A DNA stretch of 64,000 nucleotides from Limisphaerales bacterium. Its GTDB lineage: Bacteria; Verrucomicrobiota; Verrucomicrobiia; Limisphaerales; JADJPG01. The stretch spans positions 409 to 64,408 of the forward strand of contig JBGARF010000040.1 in assembly GCA_044230345.1 (NCBI GenBank). Reading direction: 5' to 3'. Positions 27,041 through 36,537 of this stretch are shown here, one piece after another. Each line of letters opens with the position of its first letter. The stretch's first letter is position 1. The position numbers and the translations under genes were made by a program. Below the pieces are notes generated by a model that made no database searches, was not told where the DNA came from, and saw only the letters and a list, made by a program, of their open reading frames with translations.

Positions 27041-28287
27041 TCCGGCAACGGACGGCCCTTGGTTTCCGGCGCAAACCAGATGCCGGCCATGCCGATGAAA
27101 TAAACAAACACAATGGCCGCCCCCGCGCGCGAATAGCTGCTGCCGAACAGCGCCATGATGTTGCCCATCTGCCATGCGCCCACCGCGGCCAGGATCCGGC
27201 CGGCATTAAACGTGACGCCCTGGCCCGTGGCGCGCACGCGCGTGGGGAACAATTCAGGCAGGTATTGCGGCAGCCAGCCGTAAAACGCCGCCGTGAACAG
27301 GCCGGCCAGGCCCGCGACCGCCAGAAAGCCCGCGCCGTAACGATCGAAGCCGCGGAACAACCAACTGCAAACCAGGAACGCTCCGAGGCACAGGCTGAAA
27401 TAGACAGGCCGGCGGCCCCAGCGCCCGCCCGCCAGCGGCGCGACCATGGAACCGATGATGGCGCCAATCGAGATGGCCAGCAGACTGAAAGCTTTTGCCT
27501 TGGGTTGCGTCCCGCCCGTCATCTGGTCGGCCCACAGCGGAATCCACTGCACGATTCCCCATGTGACGATGAGCGCCACCGACGCGAAGAGGATGGCCAG
27601 CAGCGTGTTCTTGCGCAGCTTTGGGCCGAAGACTTCCGCGACCGGATTGCCCCGGCCTTCCCTCGCCACGGATTCCTTCCACCGCTCCGACTCCGGCACA
27701 AAGTAACTAATGAAAAGCACCAGCAGCGCCGGCGCAGTGCCCACAAGCATCACCCAGCGCCAGAAGTCGGTGGTGACGTGGAAGAACATCCCGATCACTG
27801 CGATCAGCGCGTAGCCGAAGTTCGCCGCCGCGCCGATGAGGCCGGCCACCAGCGGGCGCTTGTTTTGCGGCCAGGCCTCCATCACCAGCGCGACACCGAG
27901 CGACCACTCACCGCCCATGCCCAGCGCCGCAAGGAAACGGAACCCCGCCAGTTGCCACGGCGCCTGCGCGAAGTAGTTCAAGCCGGTGAAAATCGAATAG
28001 GCCAGCACGCTGAGAATCATGGCGCGCACGCGTCCGATGCGGTCGCCGAGCCAGCCGAACACCAGTCCGCCCGCCGCCGCGCCCAGCAGGAAAGTGGCGG
28101 TGATGCGCCCCATCCACAGTTGCACGAAGGCCTCGTCCAGGATTCCGGCCGCATGTTGAAACTCCTGCAACGCAGGCCGGGCGACGAGCGGGAAGATGCC
28201 CATCTCCAATCCGTCGAACATCCACCCGAGAAATGCCGCGATCAGAGTCATGGTTTGCGCGCGGCTCATTTTATTCAAAGACTCCAT
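27037..28287 (-). CDS. MFS transporter
   Basis: GWMFDG, GWLGDRIGR, GMGGEW and PELFPTRVRATG, with about 12 TM segments. Confidence 0.93.
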   Translation of the reverse strand: MESLNKMSRAQTMTLIAAFLGWMFDGLEMGIFPLVARPALQEFQHAAGILDEAFVQLWMGRITATFLLGAAAGGLVFGWLGDRIGRVRAMILSVLAYSIFTGLNYFAQAPWQLAGFRFLAALGMGGEWSLGVALVMEAWPQNKRPLVAGLIGAAANFGYALIAVIGMFFHVTTDFWRWVMLVGTAPALLVLFISYFVPESERWKESVAREGRGNPVAEVFGPKLRKNTLLAILFASVALIVTWGIVQWIPLWADQMTGGTQPKAKAFSLLAISIGAIIGSMVAPLAGGRWGRRPVYFSLCLGAFLVCSWLFRGFDRYGAGFLAVAGLAGLFTAAFYGWLPQYLPELFPTRVRATGQGVTFNAGRILAAVGAWQMGNIMALFGSSYSRAGAAIVFVYFIGMAGIWFAPETKGRPLPE

Positions 28288-28288
28288 T

Positions 28289-29383
28289 TCAATTCGATGT
28301 CCTCACCCGGTAAAACCGTTTGGTCTGACCGGCGGCGTTGGTGTCGGTGATCTGGATTAAGCCGCCGGTGCCGGGGAGGTTGGTGACGACGGGCGACCAG
28401 ACGCCACCCGTCAGGTCGCTGGCCCGTTGCCCGTCGTAGTTGCGGCCGGGAACGGTGGCGAAGCTGATGACGCAATTCGTACCGTCGAGCGCGAAGTTGG
28501 TGATCGCGGGCGGCGTATTGGGGCCGCCGACCGGGCCGATGGGCCTGGTGGAGACCACGAAGTTGTCGAAATACCTTTCCTGCGTGGTCGGCGAGCCGGC
28601 TCCCCAGTAGTTCTCCAGGAACACGGCGTTGATGCCATAGGCGTTGTACGATCCGACCCAGTTGAGGTTTGTCTTCCGCGCTTCAAGTTGTCCGTTGATC
28701 CAAAGCTCGAACAATCCGTTGGCGACTCCGGCGTCGTTGAGTTTCATGTGCGTTTCGATGCAGTGCCATGTGCCGGCATGAGCGCTGTCGAAAACCGGCG
28801 TGACGGATCGCATGTAACCCAGCCAGCGCATGTTCGGGAAGTCGTTGTAACGGGTGGTCACCAGGCTGCCGGCGGTGTCGGTGCCGGAGGCGGGGTCGAG
28901 CACCAGATGATTGTTGCCAGTCCCGCCGCTCCAGACGTGGCCGAAGGCGGCTTCCGCCCAGTTGGCACTGGCCAGGATGATGGCTCGCGAAAGTTTATCG
29001 CCGCCGCCCCCGATCCAGCCGGGCTGCCGCCGCAGATAGACCCGCCAATAGAGTTCCCGGTAATCGTTCGTGCCGGCATCGACCGGCCGCAAATAACTCG
29101 AGGGAGTCCGGCCGAACGCAAGATGCAAACTTCCCGGGCTCACCGTGCCAGCAGGGAAGATCACCTTCATGCCGGTGGAACCGTAGATTCCGACCGACGC
29201 TGCGCGGGTGAAGTTGCCGCCGCCGCTGCTGTACTCGAAATAGCTCGCGAGCCGGTTCGTTTCAAAATCGTCGCACCAGATCCAGTCCGGGTGTTCGACC
29301 CGCCAGTTGTCACATTCGGACGCGAACACCTGCGCCGCTGAATCGAGCGCGAGAACCAACATCAGCCAATGACAGCGGTTCAT
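28289..29383 (-). CDS. Secreted polysaccharide-lyase-like (jelly-roll) protein
   Basis: GGAGG RBS, signal peptide, WCDDFE, WHCIETHMKLN, ELWING and YFDNFVVST, ending in KRFYRV. Confidence 0.6.
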   Translation of the reverse strand: MNRCHWLMLVLALDSAAQVFASECDNWRVEHPDWIWCDDFETNRLASYFEYSSGGGNFTRAASVGIYGSTGMKVIFPAGTVSPGSLHLAFGRTPSSYLRPVDAGTNDYRELYWRVYLRRQPGWIGGGGDKLSRAIILASANWAEAAFGHVWSGGTGNNHLVLDPASGTDTAGSLVTTRYNDFPNMRWLGYMRSVTPVFDSAHAGTWHCIETHMKLNDAGVANGLFELWINGQLEARKTNLNWVGSYNAYGINAVFLENYWGAGSPTTQERYFDNFVVSTRPIGPVGGPNTPPAITNFALDGTNCVISFATVPGRNYDGQRASDLTGGVWSPVVTNLPGTGGLIQITDTNAAGQTKRFYRVRTSN

Positions 29384-29395
29384 CACTCCTCCCAT

Positions 29396-29521
29396 TTAAG
29401 TCGATGAACTCACGCGGTCGTTGTTGAGGAGGATGTGGCCGGGCCGTAGGTTCGCCCGCGCCTGAGCCGATGTGAGCGTGGCAGTGAAGGGAAGGAAACC
29501 GGTGAAAGCGGAAGTGTTCAT
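29396..29521 (-). pseudogene. 41-aa remnant (signal peptide plus start of a mature domain)
   Basis: MNTSAFTGFLPFTATLTSAQARANLRPGHILL ends abruptly. It is the first ORF after motif site 2. Confidence 0.35.
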
Positions 29522-29597
29522 GATTCCAATTCTGGTTAAATCGCTGGCTTGCGGTATGAGCTTGCCCCGTCTGGCAGGGCGCACAAGGAGCTATTGC

Positions 29598-29611
29598 CTA
29601 AACTCGTTGAA
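29598..29611 (-). promoter_or_regulatory. Conserved motif, site 2
   Basis: Reads TTCAACGAGTTTAG on the minus strand, in the gap heading the 29521-21320 gene run. Confidence 0.75.
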
Positions 29612-29668
29612 TGAACCTGGCCACCCCGCTTTTCCGCGACATCGCCCCGCCTCCGCACGAAGCTTGAT

Positions 29669-32600
29669 TCACGGCGGTTTCGGCGCGGCGTATTTCAAGA
29701 AGTGCTCGAAGAACGCGTAGAGCCGCGCGTTTGAAAGCTCGTCCGGATCGTGCTGTTGCCGGCTGGTCATCGCGACGCGGTTGGTGAAGCCGAGGAGCCG
29801 GTTCAACGCGAGCGCGTGGTTCAACGGAATCCAGCGCGAGGGCTGGTCCTCGGCGCCGCCTGAAACCAGGAACGGCCTCGGGGCGATGAGCGCATGCAGC
29901 TCGTGGAGATCGCGCCCGCGCTCGATCATCCTCGCGTAGGCGCCGGTGCGCGGGTTCGCCGGGCCGGGCAGGCCGGGCCGGCGCGTGCGCGCGGGATCGA
30001 AACCCAGATACCACGGCTCCCAGTAGTTCACGTTCGGCCGCGTCTCGTCGAAGACGACGCCCGGATCGCTCACCGCCACGCACGCGAACCTGTCCCACAA
30101 CGCCGCCGCGAACATCGCCCACTTGCCCCCGTAACTGTGGCCCACGACGCCAATGCGCGCGCGGTCCACTTGCGGCAGATTCGCGAGCATCCGCCAGCAA
30201 TTCGCTGCCACATAGGCGTGAAAGGAAAGCGGTTGGCAGCCCGCGCCGCCCAGCTTCGGCTTCCACGCATCGCCGCCGGGCGTGCCGATGGAGAGGGTGA
30301 CAAAGCCACGGCGGGCCAGTTGCAAACCGAAATCCTGGTACGGCTGGTCCGGCGTGAGTCCCGCGCTTGTCTCCGGCTCGTAATAGACAACCAGCACCGC
30401 GGGCAGCGGCCCGGTGGCGTCCGGGATGAGCAGCCAGCCCTCGCCGGTTTGATCCGGGGCGATTTGCAGGCGTACCCGGCGCTGGATGAAGTTTTCACGC
30501 CGCGCTTCCGAGAGCGTTTCCACCGCGGGCTTCTCGATGACGGGCGGCCATTCTCCCATCAGCCCGTGCCACTCGCGCAGGATCTCGGCGCGGCGACGCG
30601 GCCAATCGGCGGGGCTTTCCACCCTGGAGCCATCGTCGAAAATCAGGGGGGAGCGGTAGGAACCAAACTGGTTCGAGAACGCGCCTGGCGGCTGGAAGAA
30701 AGGCTGGATTGTGCGCCACGCGGCGGCCCCGCCATCCGAGCGCAGGTCCGTGCGGGGTTCTTTGCCTTGCAGGTAGGCGAACAGGTCGCGCACTTGTTCA
30801 TCGCTCAACGAGTCCAGCAAGCCTTCGGGCATCCGTGAAGCGGCCGAGGCCTGGAGTCTTTGGATGCGGCTGCGTGGAACCACCACCCTGCCTTCCTGCC
30901 CGTCCTCGATCGTCACGGACTGGGGCGTTTGCTCGATGATGTAACCGGAGAGCAGCAGCCCGTCCTTCGTCTCGATTTCGTAGTTGGTGTATTCCTCGCG
31001 AATGCCGGCGCTGGGATCGACGATGGACACGAGCAGGAAGTCGAGATTGTCGCGCTCGTAACCGGTCAGGTCCGGGCCGATCTTCTGGCCTTCGCCGAAC
31101 AGCGTGTGGCAGGTGGCGCAGGTGGCCGTGAAGAGTGCCTTGCCGCGTCCGGCGTCGCCCCTGCCGCGGGTGAGAACCTGGGCGAGGGCGGCCATGCGTT
31201 GCTGCTTGTCCCCGGGCGGCGGACGGGTGGCACCCCAGAGTCGCTGGATGGCGAGATCGAGTTCCGCATCGTGATGCAGCCGGAGCCGCTCGATCAGTTC
31301 GGGCCTGATGTCCGACCGGGGAACGGCGTTCGCCTCGACGGCGCGGGCCAGTTCCCCCGCCCAATCCTTGCGCTTGGAAAGGACTTCGAGCGCCAGCGGC
31401 TGGACGCCGCGATCTTTCGGAAGGCGTGGATACGCGGCCAGGAGGTCGCGCGCGATCCGCGGCTCGTCGAAAAGCTGGAGCGCCGAGAGAGCCTCGCGCT
31501 GGACCGACGGCCGGCGGCTCGTGCACAGCGCGTCCAGCAGCGCGGGCACCGCGTCCCGCTGACCGGCCTGGCCGAGCGCCTTGATGAAATCAAGCCGCCG
31601 GGCGGTCACAGTCTCGTCGTCGTTGCGCACGAGCTCCAACGCGGTGACCAGGTCGGCGGGCTGCGGAATTCCGAGATTGAGCCGGAGCAACGCCATGCCT
31701 GAATCGCCGTCGTCCGCGGAGTGATCGAGGACTTCGCGCAAGCCCGCCGGAATGGTTTTGAGCCTCCGGCCTTTGCATCCTTCGCTGAAAGCGGCCAGCA
31801 GCCTGGCGCGCTCAGACGGTCCCGGCGCGCTTTTCATCAAGGCCGCCGCGGCCTCCAGGTCCGGCTCCCCGCCTTCAGCGGCGTAGCGTTGCACGAGGCG
31901 GGGCAGGATGTGCCCGGCGAGCAGCGGTGTCTTCCAGGCGGCGGGAGTGTTGAACCGGGCGAGCACCTGCGCCCGATCGCTGATCGACTTGTCCTCAACC
32001 GCCCACCAGAGGAGCAGCGGCAGGTGCGGATCCTGGAGATCCTCGTGGTGTTGCGCCAGTTCCTGGAGGACCGGCAGGGCATCGGACGCGGGCAGCCGCC
32101 GGGCGCTGCAGGCAAGCTGGCTTCGCACCTCGACGTTCTTCTCCGTCCGCGCCAGCGCGACAAGCTTCGCCCGCATGGCCGGGAAAACTTTCCTCCCATC
32201 GCCCAGCAGGCGCACGGTCCAGAGCCGCACGAACGGATCAACATGGTCCAAGGTCCTGGTCGCCACGGCCTCGCCAAAACCACCGCAGAGGTTCACGGCC
32301 CACAACGCTTCGAGCGCAGGCTGGCCGGTGGATTCCTCAAGCGAGTTCCGGAGCCTGGGAACCAGCGTCGTGTCGCGACGATCCCCGAGCACGCGGAGCG
32401 TTTGCTGGCGCAACCACTTGTTGGGGCTGGAGAGATTCAGCAGGAGATCGTCCCCGGAACGTTGGGTGAGATCAAACGGTCTGGCGGGTGCCGCGCCCTT
32501 TGGTTTGAGGCGGTAGATGCGGCCATTGGAGCGATCCCAGTTGTCGCGCAGATCGGCGTGGGTGAGCCGGATGTCGTACCAGTCCGCCACGTAAACCGCG

Positions 32601-33811
32601 CCATCCGGACCGGCCTTGATGTCCACCGGACGGAACCACTTGTCCGTGGTCTCGATCAGCCGTTCGGCATCGACGGTCCGGAACGACGAGCCATTCGGCA
32701 ACAGGTCGCTGACCTGCACCCGATTTTGCAGCGGCATCAGGCTGAGAAGCTTTCCTTCAACTCGCGCCGGCAGCCCGCCGCCTTCGTAAACAATCAGGGA
32801 ATGTGAGAAGCGATTCGGGTCGCCCTCGTGGTTCATGTGCGGGAAATAACCGTAGGTGTGCGGGTTGGTGAAGGGGCCGTGCTTGGAGAAGGTCCGCTCG
32901 TAATAGCCGCCCTGCACGTAGTAACTGCCACGGCGGTTGCCGACGTTCGTGCCCGAATAGAGACGCCCCTTGCGGTCGAATTCCAGGCAGAAGGTGTTGC
33001 CGGCGCCCTCGGCAAAGACTTCAAACTCGCGCGTCGCCGGATGGAAGCGCCAGCTGAACTGGCCGTAGATTTTCCGCCCGCGAATGGTCGCCGTGCAGGT
33101 GCTGCCTTGCGCGCCGTAGAGCCAGCCGTCCGGGCCCCACGTCAGACTGTTCGCGACGGCGTGCGTGTCCTCGATGCCGAAGCCTTCCAGCAGCACTTCG
33201 GGATCGCCGTCGGGGATATCGTCGCGGTCGCGGTCGGGATAGAACAGAAGGCAGGGCGGGTTCAGGACGTACACGCCGCCGCGGCCCGGCAGCGCGCTGG
33301 TGGCGATGTTCAGGCCGGTGACGAAATCCTTGTGCGTCTCGAACACACCATCGCCATCCCGGTCCTCGAAAATGGTTATCTTGTCCGCGCCGGGGACATG
33401 GCGCGGCGGCGGGGCGGAAACCTTGTCGTACACGGCGCGCAGATGTTCATCGTATTTGATGATCTTCAGGCCGGCGGGGAACGGGTACTGAAGATACTGC
33501 ACGACCCACATCCGGCCGCGCTCGTCGAAGTTGAGACAAACCGGCTGGCGAACGTCCGGCTCCGCGGCGACGAGTTCGATGGCGAGGTCATCAGCCACCG
33601 TGAACCGCTGGAGCGACTTGTCCGGCGGGGAAGGTTTCTCACCCGGCACCACAGTCTGGCCGCTGGGCGTGTAGTTTTGAATGTAAGCCTTTACCGAATC
33701 ATTTGCCGCAACGTCCTCGGCGGTTGGCGGCGTCTGCGCGTGGGCGGCGAGCGTCAGCAGCCATGTCGCTGCGGCCAAAGTTCGTGCGATTCGCGAAGAC
33801 TGCGAATTCAT
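29669..33811 (-). CDS. PVC-type heme-binding dehydrogenase fused to an alpha/beta hydrolase
   Basis: Propeller motifs (FDERGRMWV, WGPDGWLY, WFRPVD, DWYD), HEAT repeats, CATCH and SRMPEGL, then an esterase domain with GHSYGGKW. ATG overlaps the upstream stop. Confidence 0.85.
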   Translation of the reverse strand: MNSQSSRIARTLAAATWLLTLAAHAQTPPTAEDVAANDSVKAYIQNYTPSGQTVVPGEKPSPPDKSLQRFTVADDLAIELVAAEPDVRQPVCLNFDERGRMWVVQYLQYPFPAGLKIIKYDEHLRAVYDKVSAPPPRHVPGADKITIFEDRDGDGVFETHKDFVTGLNIATSALPGRGGVYVLNPPCLLFYPDRDRDDIPDGDPEVLLEGFGIEDTHAVANSLTWGPDGWLYGAQGSTCTATIRGRKIYGQFSWRFHPATREFEVFAEGAGNTFCLEFDRKGRLYSGTNVGNRRGSYYVQGGYYERTFSKHGPFTNPHTYGYFPHMNHEGDPNRFSHSLIVYEGGGLPARVEGKLLSLMPLQNRVQVSDLLPNGSSFRTVDAERLIETTDKWFRPVDIKAGPDGAVYVADWYDIRLTHADLRDNWDRSNGRIYRLKPKGAAPARPFDLTQRSGDDLLLNLSSPNKWLRQQTLRVLGDRRDTTLVPRLRNSLEESTGQPALEALWAVNLCGGFGEAVATRTLDHVDPFVRLWTVRLLGDGRKVFPAMRAKLVALARTEKNVEVRSQLACSARRLPASDALPVLQELAQHHEDLQDPHLPLLLWWAVEDKSISDRAQVLARFNTPAAWKTPLLAGHILPRLVQRYAAEGGEPDLEAAAALMKSAPGPSERARLLAAFSEGCKGRRLKTIPAGLREVLDHSADDGDSGMALLRLNLGIPQPADLVTALELVRNDDETVTARRLDFIKALGQAGQRDAVPALLDALCTSRRPSVQREALSALQLFDEPRIARDLLAAYPRLPKDRGVQPLALEVLSKRKDWAGELARAVEANAVPRSDIRPELIERLRLHHDAELDLAIQRLWGATRPPPGDKQQRMAALAQVLTRGRGDAGRGKALFTATCATCHTLFGEGQKIGPDLTGYERDNLDFLLVSIVDPSAGIREEYTNYEIETKDGLLLSGYIIEQTPQSVTIEDGQEGRVVVPRSRIQRLQASAASRMPEGLLDSLSDEQVRDLFAYLQGKEPRTDLRSDGGAAAWRTIQPFFQPPGAFSNQFGSYRSPLIFDDGSRVESPADWPRRRAEILREWHGLMGEWPPVIEKPAVETLSEARRENFIQRRVRLQIAPDQTGEGWLLIPDATGPLPAVLVVYYEPETSAGLTPDQPYQDFGLQLARRGFVTLSIGTPGGDAWKPKLGGAGCQPLSFHAYVAANCWRMLANLPQVDRARIGVVGHSYGGKWAMFAAALWDRFACVAVSDPGVVFDETRPNVNYWEPWYLGFDPARTRRPGLPGPANPRTGAYARMIERGRDLHELHALIAPRPFLVSGGAEDQPSRWIPLNHALALNRLLGFTNRVAMTSRQQHDPDELSNARLYAFFEHFLKYAAPKPP

Positions 33812-36513
33812 TTCCATATCTCCTCGGTGTCGTAGCGTTGGGGCTGGATCTTCGATGTAAAGAGCTGGTCCACCAAAACGCCGGAGCCCAGGATCTTCAC
33901 CCGCCCCCCAGAAGTACCGTTCTTGTTGAACGATACCTCGAAAGTGCGCCCGTTGGAGACGAGGTGAACGACGCATTGTTCGGTCGAATCCGTCAGGCTG
34001 GCCTGTGGAGCCGAGGCCGTGCTTGAAGCTGTGACGTACAGGTAGTGGAGGAAAACATCCTCTTTGCTCGGCGCACCCGGAAACACCTCTACGCGCCAGC
34101 CGCCAGGTTCCCACTGCTTGCGTGGATCGCGGAGGGGGTAATTCTTTCCGTCCGTGAAGAACTCTTTCCCCGGTCCTCCCACTTTCGTGACCCGCGCGTC
34201 CACCGGCAGGAGCGTTTGTGAGAAAAGCCGGCCCTTCGAGTGCGTGATGACCGCAATCTTTCCCCGAAGGTCCGGTTCATCGACCGAATGCAGGAGCCAC
34301 CGCTTCTCGTAACCCGGATCGGCGGACCCGACACGATCGAAGACGAGGATGATGTCGGGCTGCAAGTGTAGGAACTGGCGGACGAACCGGGTCACCTTGT
34401 CCCTGGAATATGCCTTGGTGGCATCCCCCACGGAGTACGTGTAATGAGGGTTCGTCTCGAAGGCGACGATCCCGTCGAGTTGAAGCGGCGGTCGAAGGTG
34501 CATTCCCCACTGGGCGGAATCAAAAAGGCCGTGGTTATGGTTATTGAGCGACTTCACCCAAGTGCCACCGATCTGGCCCCCGTCGTTCCCCGCGCCGAGC
34601 AGCGATAGTTCGCCGGGTTTCATCACCGTCACGGTGTTGTGGGCGACACTCCGGCTGAAGTAACCTCCGTAGTGGGTCGAGAGCGACGCGTCCCCGTCGT
34701 ATGAACCCGAATCGATGGCGAGCGATCCGCCCCGATCGATCACAAAGGAGTTATCGTCTGCGTGGTAGTGCGCGCCGGGGGTGAAGGCATTGCCCGACTT
34801 GAAGACCGCCCACACGTCCTCCGCTCCCCACCCTGAGCGCACTACCACATGGCCGACTCCCGCAAAGTGCCGGCCCAGCGGCATGGATTCGGGATAGGTC
34901 CAATCCGAGGCGGCTGGCAACTCCGGGTCGAACCACAGTACCGCCTGCCAGAGGTGGGTGACGGCGAAATCATCCGGGTTCACCAAGGCGGCGGCGACGG
35001 CTTGCCTCGCCTGCTGCTGGGCGATCCGATCACGCCAGCGCGAGGCGATGAAATCTGGAAGCGGCACGCTCGTGCTCCCGCGCCCGGAGTCGTTGAACTT
35101 TGCCTGGGAGCCGTCGTAGCGCCTCTCATAGACTCGCCATTGGGTCAGGAATTTGAAGAAGTTCGCCGTCTGGAAGATGTCCTCGCCCGAGGCCGAGGCC
35201 CACGCCTGCGCCTCCAAGGCCCAATCAAGCTGCGTAAAAGAGCAGTAGTCATGGCCTTCGCCCCATCCACCGTCGTCGGCCGCCCAGAAATTACTGCCGG
35301 GAACCAAGTGGTTGCGGATTAGATCCTCGGTCTGCCGGAGATAAAACGCCTCGCGCTCGGCATTGACCCCGGCGCCAGCAAGCGCCAGCCCGGTGAAAAT
35401 GTTTTTTCCGGAGTTTACATAGATCTGGTTGGACACGTCGCTGAAGCGCCATCGCGCCTGCTGCTTGTCCGCGGGGAAGAGCAGCGCGGTCGCATAGCGC
35501 CGACGCTCCGCCTCGGAGAGCGCGTTCCAGACATGGTCGATCACGATGGCCGCCGCACCGAGGATTTGGGGATTCTCGAAGTACGACAGGTTCCTGGCCC
35601 AGGACGTCTCCAGACGGTCGAGCTGCCTTCGGGCCTCCTCCAAAAACACGCCATCCTGCGAAAGGCTCCACGCCATCCCCAGCGAAATCATGTGCCACCC
35701 CGCAGTGAAGGTGTTCGCATTGTTCCGGACCCCGTCCTGGCGGGAGCGTCGCTTCAACTGGGCGAGGTAGTAATCGTAAATCTTCTTCACTTCGGCGGAT
35801 CGCGCGATGCGATCTTTCACTTCCAGAATGCGCCGAGGCGTCAGGAATATCCGCGGATGATCGGAAAGGGTCATCTTCTTGTGGATTGCGAATTCGGTGA
35901 GCTGCGCGTCCGGACCAAGCTCACACTTTACCTGAATCCACTGCCGGCCATCCATGGCAGCCGGGATTTCAAGCCGGCTGTTACCTTCGCCCAACGAGAG
36001 CCACTCGGACCACGAGCCGGCCTGATTTCTGCCTTTGGGCGAACCGTCATTGGCGCCGCGGACCTGAAAGGTTATATTGCCCCGGCCCTTCCACTCCAGA
36101 TGACTGTAGTTCGGAGATTCGATACAGGTGTTCCATGGAGCGGCCTGGAAGCTGCCAGGCCCGGAAGCGGTTCCGTTGACGGTTGTCCATTGGCGATAAT
36201 GACCCCAGTCGAACCGGACCACGCCGGGTGAAACGATTTGATCTGGCGAGCACAGGTCGAACACGCGGCGCGAATCGTATTCGAAGCCGTTGGCCGCCGC
36301 CCACATCGTGGGGAGCGAAACCAGCAGCAACGCCAGAGCCAACAAGTTGCCCGCCCATCTGCGATCCAGCGGAGATGTCTGGCCGCACCCTCGATAATCG
36401 GCGACGTCCGTCAGTTTTTGTCCGAGCGCAACGACGGCCAACGCCTTGGCCGTCACTTGAATGAAGGCGTCCGGATGGTCAGGCCGACAAGGAGGTAACA
36501 GGATGCTGTTCAT
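33808..36513 (-). CDS. Heparinase II/III-family protein
   Basis: HPRIF, WGEGHDY, RSGW, HYHADDNSF, LAIDSG and SVAHNTV. Confidence 0.8.
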   Translation of the reverse strand: MNSILLPPCRPDHPDAFIQVTAKALAVVALGQKLTDVADYRGCGQTSPLDRRWAGNLLALALLLVSLPTMWAAANGFEYDSRRVFDLCSPDQIVSPGVVRFDWGHYRQWTTVNGTASGPGSFQAAPWNTCIESPNYSHLEWKGRGNITFQVRGANDGSPKGRNQAGSWSEWLSLGEGNSRLEIPAAMDGRQWIQVKCELGPDAQLTEFAIHKKMTLSDHPRIFLTPRRILEVKDRIARSAEVKKIYDYYLAQLKRRSRQDGVRNNANTFTAGWHMISLGMAWSLSQDGVFLEEARRQLDRLETSWARNLSYFENPQILGAAAIVIDHVWNALSEAERRRYATALLFPADKQQARWRFSDVSNQIYVNSGKNIFTGLALAGAGVNAEREAFYLRQTEDLIRNHLVPGSNFWAADDGGWGEGHDYCSFTQLDWALEAQAWASASGEDIFQTANFFKFLTQWRVYERRYDGSQAKFNDSGRGSTSVPLPDFIASRWRDRIAQQQARQAVAAALVNPDDFAVTHLWQAVLWFDPELPAASDWTYPESMPLGRHFAGVGHVVVRSGWGAEDVWAVFKSGNAFTPGAHYHADDNSFVIDRGGSLAIDSGSYDGDASLSTHYGGYFSRSVAHNTVTVMKPGELSLLGAGNDGGQIGGTWVKSLNNHNHGLFDSAQWGMHLRPPLQLDGIVAFETNPHYTYSVGDATKAYSRDKVTRFVRQFLHLQPDIILVFDRVGSADPGYEKRWLLHSVDEPDLRGKIAVITHSKGRLFSQTLLPVDARVTKVGGPGKEFFTDGKNYPLRDPRKQWEPGGWRVEVFPGAPSKEDVFLHYLYVTASSTASAPQASLTDSTEQCVVHLVSNGRTFEVSFNKNGTSGGRVKILGSGVLVDQLFTSKIQPQRYDTEEIWK

Positions 36514-36537
36514 GGTGAAACTGCCGCCGCTGTTGCG

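Noticed and set aside
33812-34114. N-terminal extension of the 1481-aa ORF
   Set aside because: It overlaps the end of the heparinase-like gene. ATG 33811 (or 33817) gives a coupled start and a signal peptide.
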